A stretch of DNA of 63,703 nt, filler included, from Reticulomyxa filosa (Eukaryota > Protista > Foraminifera): assembly GCA_000512085.1 (NCBI GenBank). It is 23 parts of 23 records of this genome, joined end to end, with 100 filler letters (N's around TTAATTAATTAA, not from the genome) between each part and the next. Parts side by side here need not be neighbours in the genome. Positions count along the whole stretch, not along the records: positions 1 to 1,879 come from ASPP01021220.1; positions 1,980 to 3,674 come from ASPP01010568.1; positions 3,775 to 5,039 come from ASPP01019496.1; positions 5,140 to 7,479 come from ASPP01023150.1; positions 7,580 to 8,993 come from ASPP01004664.1; positions 9,094 to 10,557 come from ASPP01020421.1; positions 10,658 to 11,742 come from ASPP01019657.1; 16 more parts are not named here. The stretch is one strand, 5' to 3'. Below, piece after piece: positions 1 through 11,842 of this stretch (its first letter is position 1; every line of letters starts with the position of its first letter). Below the pieces are notes generated by a model. It ran no database searches and was not told the origin of the DNA. It saw only the letters and a list, made by a program, of their open reading frames with translations. A program made the position numbers and the translations under genes.

Positions 1-1179
1 TTTTTTTTTTTAGGATGTTGCGCTTTCACGAGGTGATGAAAAAAAAGGTGACATATTAAATGAAAAGTCAAACAAATGATTCAATGATGTAGGTTATAAT
101 AATTTATTAACATTACTGACTTGATTTTCATTAATTTTTAGAACCAAATTTTTATTTACAAAAAAATAAAATTTGAGCATAATTATGTTAAGATCATTTA
201 AATAGTGTACGTACAGACAATTAGAATAAAAAAAGAAAAAAATAACAAATCCAAAATTCAACTTGTAAATATTTTCATCATAAAAAGAGTTGAATATATT
301 TTTGTGCTAAAAAAACTTGTATGCAGAAAATTAAAATCTTTGAAGATATCAACTTTTTGTATTTGCAATGAAAGAAACGTTGGCACATAAAATAACTTTA
401 AAAATAAAAAAAAATTAGTATAAAATGCTTGTTTTTCGTGTAGAAAATCGATTATCTTCATAAAGTGCCATAATGTACTATATTTTTTTTGTAAACTATA
501 GTAGAATGCAAAATAAAGTTGGCACATAAAACGAAATGTAATTCTATAAATCTTGTAGTTTTTGAATATCATTTTAGTTTTTATTAATATATCATATATT
601 TTACTTTATTTTTCTTTTTTTTTAGCTCAGTATAGTTGTTTTCTTTCATTGTGTTGCAATTATTCTCGCCAATTTACTTTCCTTTTCCTAAAATTACTTT
701 TCGGAACTAAGTTTCCTTTCGTATTACACTTAATCTCCTCACTATTCCTACAGATCTATTTATTATTTCTTTTTAAAAATATTTAATAAGTTGCATTTCT
801 CCAAAGTGGAGACATTGGTTATACTTAACCTGCTAGCCGTCTGTGGTACCTTTTAAACTTTGAAACACAAGAAAAACTGTTTTCTTTTTTTTGGGACAAA
901 TCTAGGGAAGTTTAAAGTGGAAGCTATCTTGCAAGCAGTTATCGAATTTGTTTATTTTTGTATACATTTTTTATAAGATTTCCAGTACAGTTTAGAAATT
1001 GTTGCTTTTGTGCATTTCGACATAAATATTCGTGCTGTTCTCTTCGAAAATATGTGTTAAAAAAGTAACATCAGAAAGTGTTAGACAGGGGCTGTAAAGG
1101 GAGAAAAGTTAATTCTCCACTTATTGGTGACATATAGGTTTTAGCCTAGTAGAAATATCTTTGAGTTGAAATAGATAAA

Positions 1180-1879
1180 ATGGGAACGGTGTTAGAAAAA
1201 TGTAACGGGAAGCAAGCGCAACGTACACTAGGTGAAAAGGATATTGACAAGGAGACAATGTCCTACCAGCTGCAACATCGAAGATCGTTTGTAGCCAACA
1301 TCCAACACATTGAAAATTTGGAAGATGTTATTCAAGATGTTGCAACACACTCGAGATGTTTAGTACAAGTGTCTAAAAACATGCACTAACTGATCCTTTT
1401 ACATGTCACACCCATACAAAAAACACTCTTTTTTTTTTTAAATAGTTAAATTATTTAAAGTAAAAAAAAAAAATGGACACCACACAAAATGGTTTTGCAC
1501 CGAATTGTGCATACACAGCACTTTTTTTTTGCAGGTGGTGTGCCAGTTCTGACTTTTTTTTGAATTTTATTTTAGTCCGAGTTTTTTTACATCTCCCCTT
1601 TTCCCTCCCCCCCCCTTGCCCCCTCCCCCTTTTTGTTGAATGGTATTGACTAAAAATGGAAAGGTTTGGACTTTTACAAACAAAAAAAAAAGGGGAATTT
1701 TTTGAAGTTCGATATTTGCTATCACACTTTCGTTCATTATACGATAAAAATGGGCCTTTACAATTGACAGCAGAGCAATTGGAGAGCTTGTTACCGATAC
1801 TGATGGGCCGCTTGTTTATTGACTTTACTGCCTTTCGCAAATCAGAAATATATTCAGTTATACCTTTTTTTTTTTTTTT
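1180..1879 (+). CDS. Hypothetical protein, probable 5' exons (partial)
   Basis: ORFs 1180-1389 and 1656-1879 have protein-like composition and are separated by T/C-tract intron-like DNA. No family recognised. Confidence 0.35.
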
Positions 1880-1979
1880 NNNNNNNNNNNNNNNNNNNNN
1901 NNNNNNNNNNNNNNNNNNNNNNNTTAATTAATTAANNNNNNNNNNNNNNNNNNNNNNNNNNNNNNNNNNNNNNNNNNNN
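1880..1979. other. Artificial contig linker N44-TTAATTAATTAA-N44 (first of 22)
   Basis: Identical 100-nt spacers start at 1880, 3675, 5040, 7480, 8994, 10558, 11743, 14636, 20789, 22401, 25929, 30460, 39982, 41798, 44276, 46383, 47966, 49882, 53142, 54683, 60924 and 62054. TTAATTAATTAA gives stops in all six frames. Confidence 0.99.
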
Positions 1980-2459
1980 TTTTTTTTGTGCTGTTACGAA
2001 AAAGTAAAAGTGATCGTAAGATCAACTGGAAAATTCTGGAATTTTCATACTTTTTTCCTCAGTTATATTACAAATCTAACAGTTTTTTTTGTCGACAGAG
2101 ATATTTCAATTCTCTCAAACACAGCTGAAGAATTGTTTTCATGCATGTCCATGTAACCCTAAAAAGTGTTCTAAAGAGAAGTAAAATTAATAGACACATA
2201 CACAATCTTTTTATTTGTGTTTTTTCTTTTAATCGCACTTGTTTATTTGAAGTGAATGATTAACGTTTAAACATTTTTTATTTTCCTTAAAAAATCCAAA
2301 AAATTCGTGCAGTATTTCTATTACAAACTTTCAGAACAATATGATTATCATGCATTTTTAAATTTTTAATTTAATTATATAAATCATTGGATTACACAAA
2401 AATCTGCATATTACAATATGTGAAAGGATTCAATTCACAGTACTATTAATTTTGCAAGA

Positions 2460-3129
2460 ATGTCAGGAATGATACGTAAAAAACAAAGAAACTCACAAAA
2501 ATTCATTAACTCAAATTATGTTAACCCCCTGCCATTCGTTATCGGTGCGCTCGTCATCAGGCACATTATTTTTCGTCATCTTTGTGATCATTGGTTCTCT
2601 TTTGACAGGTTTTTTTTGTCTGTTCTTGGATTCTCTTCTGCAAAACAAACGTGCATAATATCCGGAGGGTGGGTTTTCCCAATTTTATGCATGTTTTTTT
2701 TTCCCCTTCCCTCCGCTCTCTCTCTCTATCTCACTCTATGACCAGATTGCATGTAAAAACAACAACAACAACAACAATAACAAAAATAACAAATCGATGA
2801 TATTTCAGAAAGTGTGAGCCGTGCACAAATCCCACAGCAATGCAAAGATCTTGATGTATTGTGTCAGCAATGGGCTCGTGACGGGCAGTGTCAAAGCGAC
2901 GACATAATCCGACACTTTTGTCCACTGTCATGTCGAAGCCCGAAATGTGCATCATTGTTTCCAAGCTATGCACAAACATTTGCACTGACATCGGTTCCGT
3001 ATTTAGCAAACACTGTTTGTAGTGTGCAAGAAGGGCATAGTCATTTGAACGTCAAAGCAAAGAGCCCACTGTCGTCGTCGCGGTCGTACTATCAGCAATG
3101 GATGGATAGTAGAGATACGAATGAGACCT

Positions 3130-3165
<36 letters not shown>

Positions 3166-3591
3166 ACATGGAGACATGTTTGCTCCGTTGTGACGAAGAT
3201 CCGTTTTGTACCCATGTGATCTTTGTGGAACGAGTGTCGGGACGAATCCCCGTCGATGATGTCATTCAAACAATGTTGCATCAGCGTCGTGTCCAAGTAC
3301 CTGATGCAGACGAACACTGCGTCAGCCAATCCGCCAACGTCACCCTTTTGTATTACAATTTGTGCTTGTTGGCACACTCATCCAATTGCCAACCTAGATC
3401 GATTGATCACACATTGTTGCAACAGTTGTCGAGTCCATTTCCACTCTCTTCTATCCCTTCTTCTTCTTCTTCTTCTTCTCTGCTGTTTTTTAATGAGGTC
3501 ACCGACTATCTCCCCAAATTTGTATTGGCCATCCTGGTTCGTTTGAACAGTCCTTTGCAACAGGCCTTTAATCTCTTATCCGCTTGGAACG
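2460..3591 (+). CDS. ShKT-domain plus PAN/apple-like domain protein (partial, spliced)
   Basis: CKDLDVLCQQWARDGQCQSDDIIRHFCPLSCRSPKC (2841-2948) has ShKT cysteine spacing. A poly-Thr linker follows, then TCLLRCDEDPFCTHVIF (PAN-type CxxxCxxxxxC). The upstream exon from 2460 is tentative. Confidence 0.75.
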
Positions 3592-3629
3592 GTTTGTGTC
3601 TATACGTACATGTTTACATGTGCTTGTTT

Positions 3630-3662
<33 letters not shown>

Positions 3663-3926
3663 AAAAAATTTACANNNNNNNNNNNNNNNNNNNNNNNNNN
3701 NNNNNNNNNNNNNNNNNNTTAATTAATTAANNNNNNNNNNNNNNNNNNNNNNNNNNNNNNNNNNNNNNNNNNNNGCATTATTATATTGTGGTAAAATTGC
3801 AAATCCAAATTTTAAATGGATCAATGTGCAAAAATCATAAATACTGCAGTTGGTCCAAGTGGTAAAAATAATGATTATTTATTTCAACTTCAAATTTAAA
3901 TAGTAACAATTTGAAATTTATTCTTT

Positions 3927-4480
3927 TTATTTCCTTTTTTGGAATAATGGACCACTTACAATCCATAGCTTTGGATATACTTGGTCCATCTCACTCACTA
4001 AGTGTTGACAAAATCTTTTCAAAAGACACCAATCTGAATCATTCATTGCTATATCTTGCGGAATGATATTATCCTCTAAAATAAAAGTGTCATTTTTCAT
4101 TACTTGATCGTTTTGATGATATCCAGCAGCTGCTATATTTCCGCGTGAATATCCACTGTTTTTTTATAAATAACAAATAAATATTCTATGTGAACTTTGG
4201 AGTCCATTATATTACTTCATTCTTTTTTTAAAAAAACAAAAAAAACGCATACCTATTGGTATAATCCCAAGGCATAACACGAACATATCTGGGTGTAGCC
4301 TCGTTCGAATTCCAAATGGAATTACTTCGAGTAACTCGTAGATTTTGAGTAACATCCTCCTTTTCAATACACTCCATCACCCAGTTTGGAATCCTTCTTT
4401 ATAATTAATTGATGACACATAACTGCTTCGAAAACTCAAATTCTCGTGGCTTGGAAGTCCATATTTGCATGTTCCCGTAG
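3927..4480 (-). pseudogene. EndoG/Nuc1-like DNA/RNA non-specific endonuclease, catalytic residues altered
   Basis: Spliced across a GT-AG intron (~4157-4252) it reads CKYGLPSHENLSFRSSYVSSINYKRRIPNWVME...DYTNSGYSRGNIAAAG...DTFILEDNIIPQDIAMNDSDWCLLK...WIVSGPLF, matching the EndoG motif order. It has an early stop at 3927-3929 and an in-frame stop just upstream of CKYGLP. Confidence 0.8.
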
Positions 4481-5621
4481 TGTTGCTTAATTAGTCAATT
4501 TATCAGCTCTAGTAGCTTTGCATCGTAAGGATTTAACGAAGCAACACTTATTCCTGGATTTTTGCTTGTAAACACGAGTTTTGATGCTCAAGCAGGTTTT
4601 TTTTGTAGAAAAATACCAAGGAGGCTGCCAAGCCAGCATTAAGTCCACCAAAAAAAAAGGTTGCGTGTTTAGTTGCCATAATTCAATTTGTCCGAAAATG
4701 ACCAGCCAAAAAAAATCACTTTCTATTAGACCTGGAAAAAAAAAAAGCAAAAAGTATCAACTTTTATTCTCATTTGAGTTATTGGAAATCTGATTATTAA
4801 TTCAAGTAGCAAGACTAACGTTGGTTTACAAGGCCAAAGCAACTCTGAGGATAGTGCATGTACTTCCTTTGATTGTTCAGTTATGGACGAGATTGTGGTG
4901 TTCGTCAAACGTTGACCGCACAAAAATGGCTTCATTCAACAATCTCCAGTTTCAATCTGTCCCTTGGAAGAATGGTTAAAGGACAGCCGCGTTCAAGAAA
5001 ACAGTATGTTTTTTTAACTAAATAGTTTAATTTTCAACTNNNNNNNNNNNNNNNNNNNNNNNNNNNNNNNNNNNNNNNNNNNNTTAATTAATTAANNNNN
5101 NNNNNNNNNNNNNNNNNNNNNNNNNNNNNNNNNNNNNNNTGAACTTTTTGTTCAAAAAAGTAACAAGGTTAACACAAACAACACTGTTTTTTAAAATAAC
5201 AAAAGAAATTTTAAAAACTTTTGAAAGAAATAAAAAAAAAAAACAAGAAAAATGAATTTTGACGGTACGTGTTTGACTCTATTCTTTTTGACAACGTACT
5301 CCAACTTTCCATCAATAAATAATGTCTATTACACACAACAACAAAAACAATAGATAACTTCTCTGAACGTAAGCAAATAAAATAACTTTAATTTCTAATT
5401 CTAACTTGAATCTATTCATATTTCCAATAAACTATTTTCAAATAAGCAAACAACAATCGTATAAACATGTTTCCATTAAACAAATTTTTTTTTCAATAAA
5501 AAATAGTTGCAGATGATATGTCATACCTGAGCTTGGATGCAGGTTTTTCATATACATATACATATATATTGTAGAGTGTATTTCTACTTTATGCACGATA
5601 ATACTGCAAATAGATGCCGTC

Positions 5622-5756
5622 ATGCCAGAAATAGATATGGATGCAATCATGCCCGAAATAGATATGGATGCAGTCATGACAGAAACAGATACAGATATCA
5701 TCATGCCAGAAACAGATGCAGATATCATCATGTCAGAATCATATAGTGATGCGCAC
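5622..5756 (+). repeat. 27-bp coding tandem repeat x5 (MPEIDMDAI-type)
   Basis: atgccagaaatagatatggatgcaatc and four degenerate copies at the start of ORF 5622-6095. Confidence 0.85.
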
Positions 5757-6095
5757 ATGCAAGGAAGTGATAGCGATCTAAGCATCCAAGAAATAAATGA
5801 TTATATCGACATGAACGAATCTGCTGAAGGTGATATTGTGATGCAAGAAATACGCTGTAATATGGAAATGGAAGAAGTCAAAATAATAGATGTTGATATG
5901 AAGGATATAGAATTTGTTGTTGATATGGTGGATAAAGATAAAATATCATCTGATGTAACGATGATAGAAATGAACCAAATGATGGCATATAACACAACAC
6001 CACATCGACGACAACGACAAATGCCAAAACAGCAATGCATCAAACCAATATCGCAATACCAAATTCAAATAAGACCACAGCTCCAAGGTCTGTGA
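5622..6095 (+). CDS. Hypothetical acidic, Met-rich repeat protein (probably first exon of a multi-exon gene)
   Basis: 157-aa ORF with a GT donor near its end. Short exon-like blocks continue to about 6930. Confidence 0.4.
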   Translation: MPEIDMDAIMPEIDMDAVMTETDTDIIMPETDADIIMSESYSDAHMQGSDSDLSIQEINDYIDMNESAEGDIVMQEIRCNMEMEEVKIIDVDMKDIEFVVDMVDKDKISSDVTMIEMNQMMAYNTTPHRRQRQMPKQQCIKPISQYQIQIRPQLQGL

Positions 6096-7579
6096 TAATT
6101 CAAACAATATTGTTTCTTTGTGGATATGTAATGTTTTTGGAAACGTTTTCAATAGATAAGGATACATACATACTTTTTTAAATGAATATCACAGCACCAG
6201 ATTTTGAATGGCCTGCATTCACCATACCCAAAGGTTTGTCTGTTTTTAAATTTTATTGTATACAAATCAACATTATTTGTATTATATCGATATACATAGC
6301 AGCAGCTCAATCAACAAAAAAAAAAGAAATTGAAAAAAGTTCAGCAGTAAATACATAAAAATATAATTACATAAACACACCTTGAATAATTCATTTTTTT
6401 TATATCATTTTTATCCTTTATTTTCATAGGAATAATAAATATACCCAATTGGTGCAATGTAACGAGCAAAAAATGCAAAGCAGCACCTATTTATGACAAT
6501 CCACCAAAAAGGATCGAACAGCGTCCTATAATCAATAAAGGTGCTATATTTTATATATTTTTTAAATATATATTTACAATTTTATTTATTTAATTACTTG
6601 TTTGTGTAACAATAGCACAAACTCCAAAACATAAGTTCCATGATTATCCAATTACAGATAGTGTCGAGTATAGCGACAAAATCAAGAGCTATCGTGGAAT
6701 TGCGATTATTATTGCTTTGCTGTTATCAATAATATCAGCTTTATTCATATGGTCAAATAACATCGTTTGGTGTACCACAATCACGACTAGCTCCAAATGG
6801 ATCCCACAATTATATCAATCAAATATTATATTTGGAGATTGTTCATTTATTCAAACAGGATGGCCACTTGTGATTGCACGTTCATATGTCATTGATCATT
6901 GGGCTTGGTTTATTGATATAATGAATTCATTTCCATTCTTTTTTTCTCTTTTCTTTTCATTAGGATTTCAAAAAAATTCTTTTTTGATACTATTGTTATT
7001 TTTTTTTCCAATTTGTGTATTTTTTTTTTCATACACACATAATAAACATACCTCTTTTTTCATTTGGACTTTGATTATTTTTTTTTTGTCGTTTCAGTTT
7101 TGTTTTTTTTTCCAATGGCATTTCTAATTTGGAGAATATAAATGAGATGAAATGAATGTTGGAGTCTATTTGTTGCCGATCGGTATTTGTGTCAAATCAT
7201 TAAGAATAAGTATCAACATATAAACGGCAATTGAAAATAGACGCATATTTGATTGAATGACAGCATTGATAATTTGTAAACGTGTATAAGTTGATTACAA
7301 TGACCAAACATACTCGCATGCGATCCCAATATCATATCGCTGTTGTCAGTCCAATAATTATCATTTAACATCCAACGAATATCCATTAAATTTGCTGCTG
7401 ACATGTTATTGTGTAAATATCAAGACGAAGAAACACAAAGAATAAAGACATATAACAGAAAGTATTTATAAATAAATGGNNNNNNNNNNNNNNNNNNNNN
7501 NNNNNNNNNNNNNNNNNNNNNNNTTAATTAATTAANNNNNNNNNNNNNNNNNNNNNNNNNNNNNNNNNNNNNNNNNNNN

Positions 7580-8993
7580 TTTTTTTTGTCATATTCACAC
7601 TATATATACAGTGCAATACCTGTTTGAGAGTCACATCGAATTGGTCCAACTTTGGAGTGATGTCAGTGAATATTTGTTTGATGTCCGATTTGGAGCCAAG
7701 TTTGGGTTTTAAATCTTTGACAATATCTACAGCAAAGCAAAAGAACGACTCGTCATTGATTTCTCGAATCAAATGTTCCAAAATCTCTTTTTCTTTTGTT
7801 TTCGATTTCGGCCACATCAACGAGTGTTCCTCCACAAGAATGGCGCGAGAAGTGGAAGAGATTGGAATCTCTTCAGTATTTTTTTGTTGACGGATTATGA
7901 CACACGATAGATTGCAATCAGAAGCGACCTGAAAGTCTGCCCAACGCAACCAGGGAATATCTTCCTTTACTTGTTCCAATGGATATCTTCTCCTATCTAT
8001 TAATGATGATAATGATGATGATGATGATGATGATGATGAAAAATGTATCAAAAAAATAAAATAAAATAAATAAATAAATTAGATTCACCTTTGCTTTCAC
8101 TTGAAAAAGTGGCAACTCGAACGCGCTCAGGATGTTTTGGACAATACACATAGATTCGTAGTCTTCGTGACTCTGTTGTATCCTTTGGGACAACCCAGTA
8201 CATATTATCTGAATCTTTTTGCTGTATCCATAGATACGCTACGAGTTCATTCCATTCTATTTGCAAATCGGCCAAGTCGTCCTTTTCATTTCTGTTATGA
8301 TACTTTTCCATTAACTCTTTCCACAACTTTAGTGCACTTGATATGTTGTTGGAGTTATTACCATCCGTAAGAGTTTGAGCTACTCGGTTCATCAATCCCT
8401 GTGGGATGCTGCACCTTTCGTCCATGCATTCATTTACTACAGGCTTTATTACTTCCAATGTTATCTGCGCCTTTAGCAATTGCAAGTGGTTCACATCTTC
8501 ATTTCCATGAGAAGGGTGATAATGCTCGTCTTTGTATCGCGTGATGAGGTCCGATATATCCATACCTTCGTATTGCTCCCAATCGATCTTTTCTGTAACA
8601 CATACAAACAACTTTCTGGACTCCAAACATTTTTGAATGAAAGGAGAGAGAGAGGAGGGGGGGGGGGGAGGGGGAGAATATGATAAGATCAATACCTTCC
8701 ACAGGGTTTTCCAACCAATTCAAAATGTAAAGAACTTTTTCTTGTTTTTGTTTCACTTTCATTACTGCTGGTACATTCGCTATTGTTTGTCTAAACATAC
8801 AAATGTAAAGACAAATTCAATATGTATTACATATATGTATATGTACATACATATATACGTTGTTGAAAATAAATAAATAAATAATAATAAAACTAAACAA
8901 AAGTGCTCGCTGAAGAATTTTGACATCAACCCCAATCCACGTATCATTGTGATATCTGCAATGGAACTCCACTTTGTCTCCAACCCTCCATTT
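7580..8993 (-). CDS. Hypothetical protein, multi-exon fragment
   Basis: Consecutive minus-strand ORFs (8780-8983, 8499-8798, 8048-8692, 7524-8051) with globular composition, separated by low-complexity introns. Confidence 0.55.
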
Positions 8994-10101
8994 NNNNNNN
9001 NNNNNNNNNNNNNNNNNNNNNNNNNNNNNNNNNNNNNTTAATTAATTAANNNNNNNNNNNNNNNNNNNNNNNNNNNNNNNNNNNNNNNNNNNNGACTTTT
9101 TCATAAGCAGTCTGGTTCAATTTGACATATTGCAATACTTACTTATTAGTGAATGCTGCAACATTCTAAAATGCAGATTCTTATTCAAAACTAGTACAAA
9201 CTATAGTATTGTATATATATTATACTTGGATAAACTCAGTCTGACACCTTTATTTAAACATAAGTATGTCAAATATCTAAGTTTAATATCAGATTTAACA
9301 TACACTTAATTAATATGCTCGGAATAAGTCATGTGATAATCAAGTAACAGTACAATATAATTCACGTGATCACATTCTTATTTTTGATTGTTGCAATGTC
9401 AATTGCATCATTGTAAGATCTGAAATTTGCTTTATGCTAACATTTAGATGTTCTTTTGACTATAGTTAATTGGGAAAAAAACTAAAATAATATTAAAATA
9501 AATTTTAAATTCAAATCGAAGTAAATATTCTTTCAAATAAGAAAACTCGGTCTCGACAATCTATTTGTAGCTTCTTTTTGTTGTTAAATGAACGTAGATT
9601 CAACTTTATGGGTTTCAATTTATCGCTATTTGCTCAACTGTAGGAAAAAAATTTGGAATATTACAATATGAACGTAATAAAAGATAATGAGAAACACAAT
9701 ATTTTGAAGACAATCATTTATTTTAATTTAAATATATACTCATTTGTACATTGTCGAATAATTCACAATATGTACACTCACATAAAAGAAGATTTGACAG
9801 ATCACTTTCTTTGTATTTAGTTTATATAATCAATTGTCAGAAAAAGTTTAAAAGGGTAATATTCTTGGTCCTATGAAATAAAAAAAGGAAAATAGTTGTT
9901 GTACATTGACAGCAATTGACAATAACCAGTGTACAATGGATCGAAAATCTTATCAAAACATTACTTTTGCCAGAGTTATACCTGTCATCATGAGAAAAAA
10001 AAGAATTCTTTTTTTTGCAAAATTTCTGTGTATAGCAAGGATACCCAAAAAAAGTAGTTTCAAAGTCTAAAAAATTCTAGGACGAAAATAGTGCAAGGAA
10101 A

Positions 10102-10439
10102 ATGTCAAGTGTTCGCGGTTTGTGGCGCTCAATGCGTAATATATCAAAAGATGAAGGTTCACAAACGGGTGGGACTTCAGGCAATCAAAATTTAGAATCA
10201 AAGATAAACGACGAAATCGACCGGCAACTGGCTCAAAATCGGTCGCAAATGAGTCTTTTGGATCATGATAAAGACAGTGCGTTTGGTGGACATACAATCT
10301 TATATGTTGGTGACGTTGTATCCAAAAGAGTTCAGTTGATGCAAAGTATACGTAAACAGTACTTTGCGGAAGTTGAAACAAAGACGAAAGAAGAAGCAGA
10401 AGAAGTGGAAGAAGAAGACACCAAAGTGAAAATAAAAGA
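10102..10439 (+). CDS. Divergent G-protein alpha-like protein, first exon (degenerate P-loop)
   Basis: KINDEIDRQL followed by ILYVGDVVSKRVQLMQSIR resembles G-alpha RINDEIERQL...LLLLGTGESGKSTFIKQMR. GT donor at 10440. Confidence 0.5.
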
Positions 10440-10657
10440 GTAATCTTTGATATTGAACCTTTTCATTTCAAAATATTTTCCTTATCAAATAAACCTGGTT
10501 TTAATTTGTACATATACATATATATATGTATATAATTTATTTTTTTTTTTGCCAAATNNNNNNNNNNNNNNNNNNNNNNNNNNNNNNNNNNNNNNNNNNN
10601 NTTAATTAATTAANNNNNNNNNNNNNNNNNNNNNNNNNNNNNNNNNNNNNNNNNNNN

Positions 10658-11742
10658 AACAAAGCCGATCAAACAAAAACCATACTATCTAAACCAGACA
10701 TATCAAGAGGAAGTGAAACGCCAAGTTATTGAATTGGAAAAAGAAGGCATCATAAGGAAAAACTAGTCGCAATTTGCAGCCCTTGTTTTATTGGTAAAGA
10801 AGAAAAATGGATCCCTACGTATGTGCGTAGATTATCGAAAGTTGAATCAAGCAATAGTACTTGATGAATGGCCGTCACCAAATATGAACGATTTACTAAA
10901 GAAACTATCGTCCAAAATATTTTAAAAACTGGATGTCAGTCCGGATATTTACATGTACCAATAAGAGAATAAGATCGTAATAAAACATCATAACTCCAAA
11001 TGGTCTATACGAATGTGATCGTATGGGATTTGGGTTTACAAATGCACCAGCAACGTTCCAACGCATAATGATTTCGCTTTTTGGTGACATGGACGACGTA
11101 GACGTTTATATCGATGATATTCTAATTGCCAGTGACACCGAAGAATCACATCTAAATGTATTGATTGAAGTATTCAATCGATTTTCAAAATATAATTTGA
11201 AACTCGCGATAGATAAATGTGAATTTTTTCAAAAGGAAGTCATATTTCTCGGGCACGTAATATCGTCGAGGTGTATCAGCAAATTCGAGCTATATTAAAA
11301 AGGTTTTGAATATATCAAAACCTAAGACAAAAAAAGGAATTATAAAGATTATTGGGTTTAGTGCAATTGATTGCTAAATTCATATCAAATTTAGCTACTC
11401 TGATTGTAGACTTGACTAAATTACTCAGGAAAAATTCAAAATGGAAGTGGAACAAGATACACGACAAAGCATTCGAACAATTAAAACACGCAATATCACA
11501 TGTTCAATTACTGCGACATCCAAAACAAAACGAGCCTTTTATCGTTCAATGCGATGCTTCAAATGAAGCCTTAGGTGCAGCGCTATTGCAAAATCACGAT
11601 GGCATTTTGGTATCAATTGAATTCATTTCCAAACAATTTGACAGCCATCAATTAAAGTGGCACACATCTGATAAGTAACTATATGCATTGTTATACGTAA
11701 TTCAAAAATGGATGCATTATCTATTATTGCGTAAATTCACTG
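10658..11742 (+). mobile_element. pol: Degenerate Ty3/Gypsy LTR retrotransposon pol (RT-RNase H)
   Basis: KKNGSLRMCVDYRKLN, GFTNAPATFQRIM, VYIDDILIAS (11107), KCEF, QCDASNEALGAALLQ, and WHTSDK*LYAL. Several stops and frameshifts. Confidence 0.95.
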
Positions 11743-11842
11743 NNNNNNNNNNNNNNNNNNNNNNNNNNNNNNNNNNNNNNNNNNNNTTAATTAATTAANN
11801 NNNNNNNNNNNNNNNNNNNNNNNNNNNNNNNNNNNNNNNNNN

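Noticed and set aside
6780-6930. SNIIFGDCSF...WAWFIDIM as a MULE transposase fragment
   Set aside because: The resemblance is too weak; no further DDE motifs or TIRs were seen.
10658-11742. Reverse transcriptase as a retron, DGR or defence RT
   Set aside because: The motifs and attached RNase H are ordinary Ty3/Gypsy, the ORF is decayed, and it is on a different contig from the bacterial genes.
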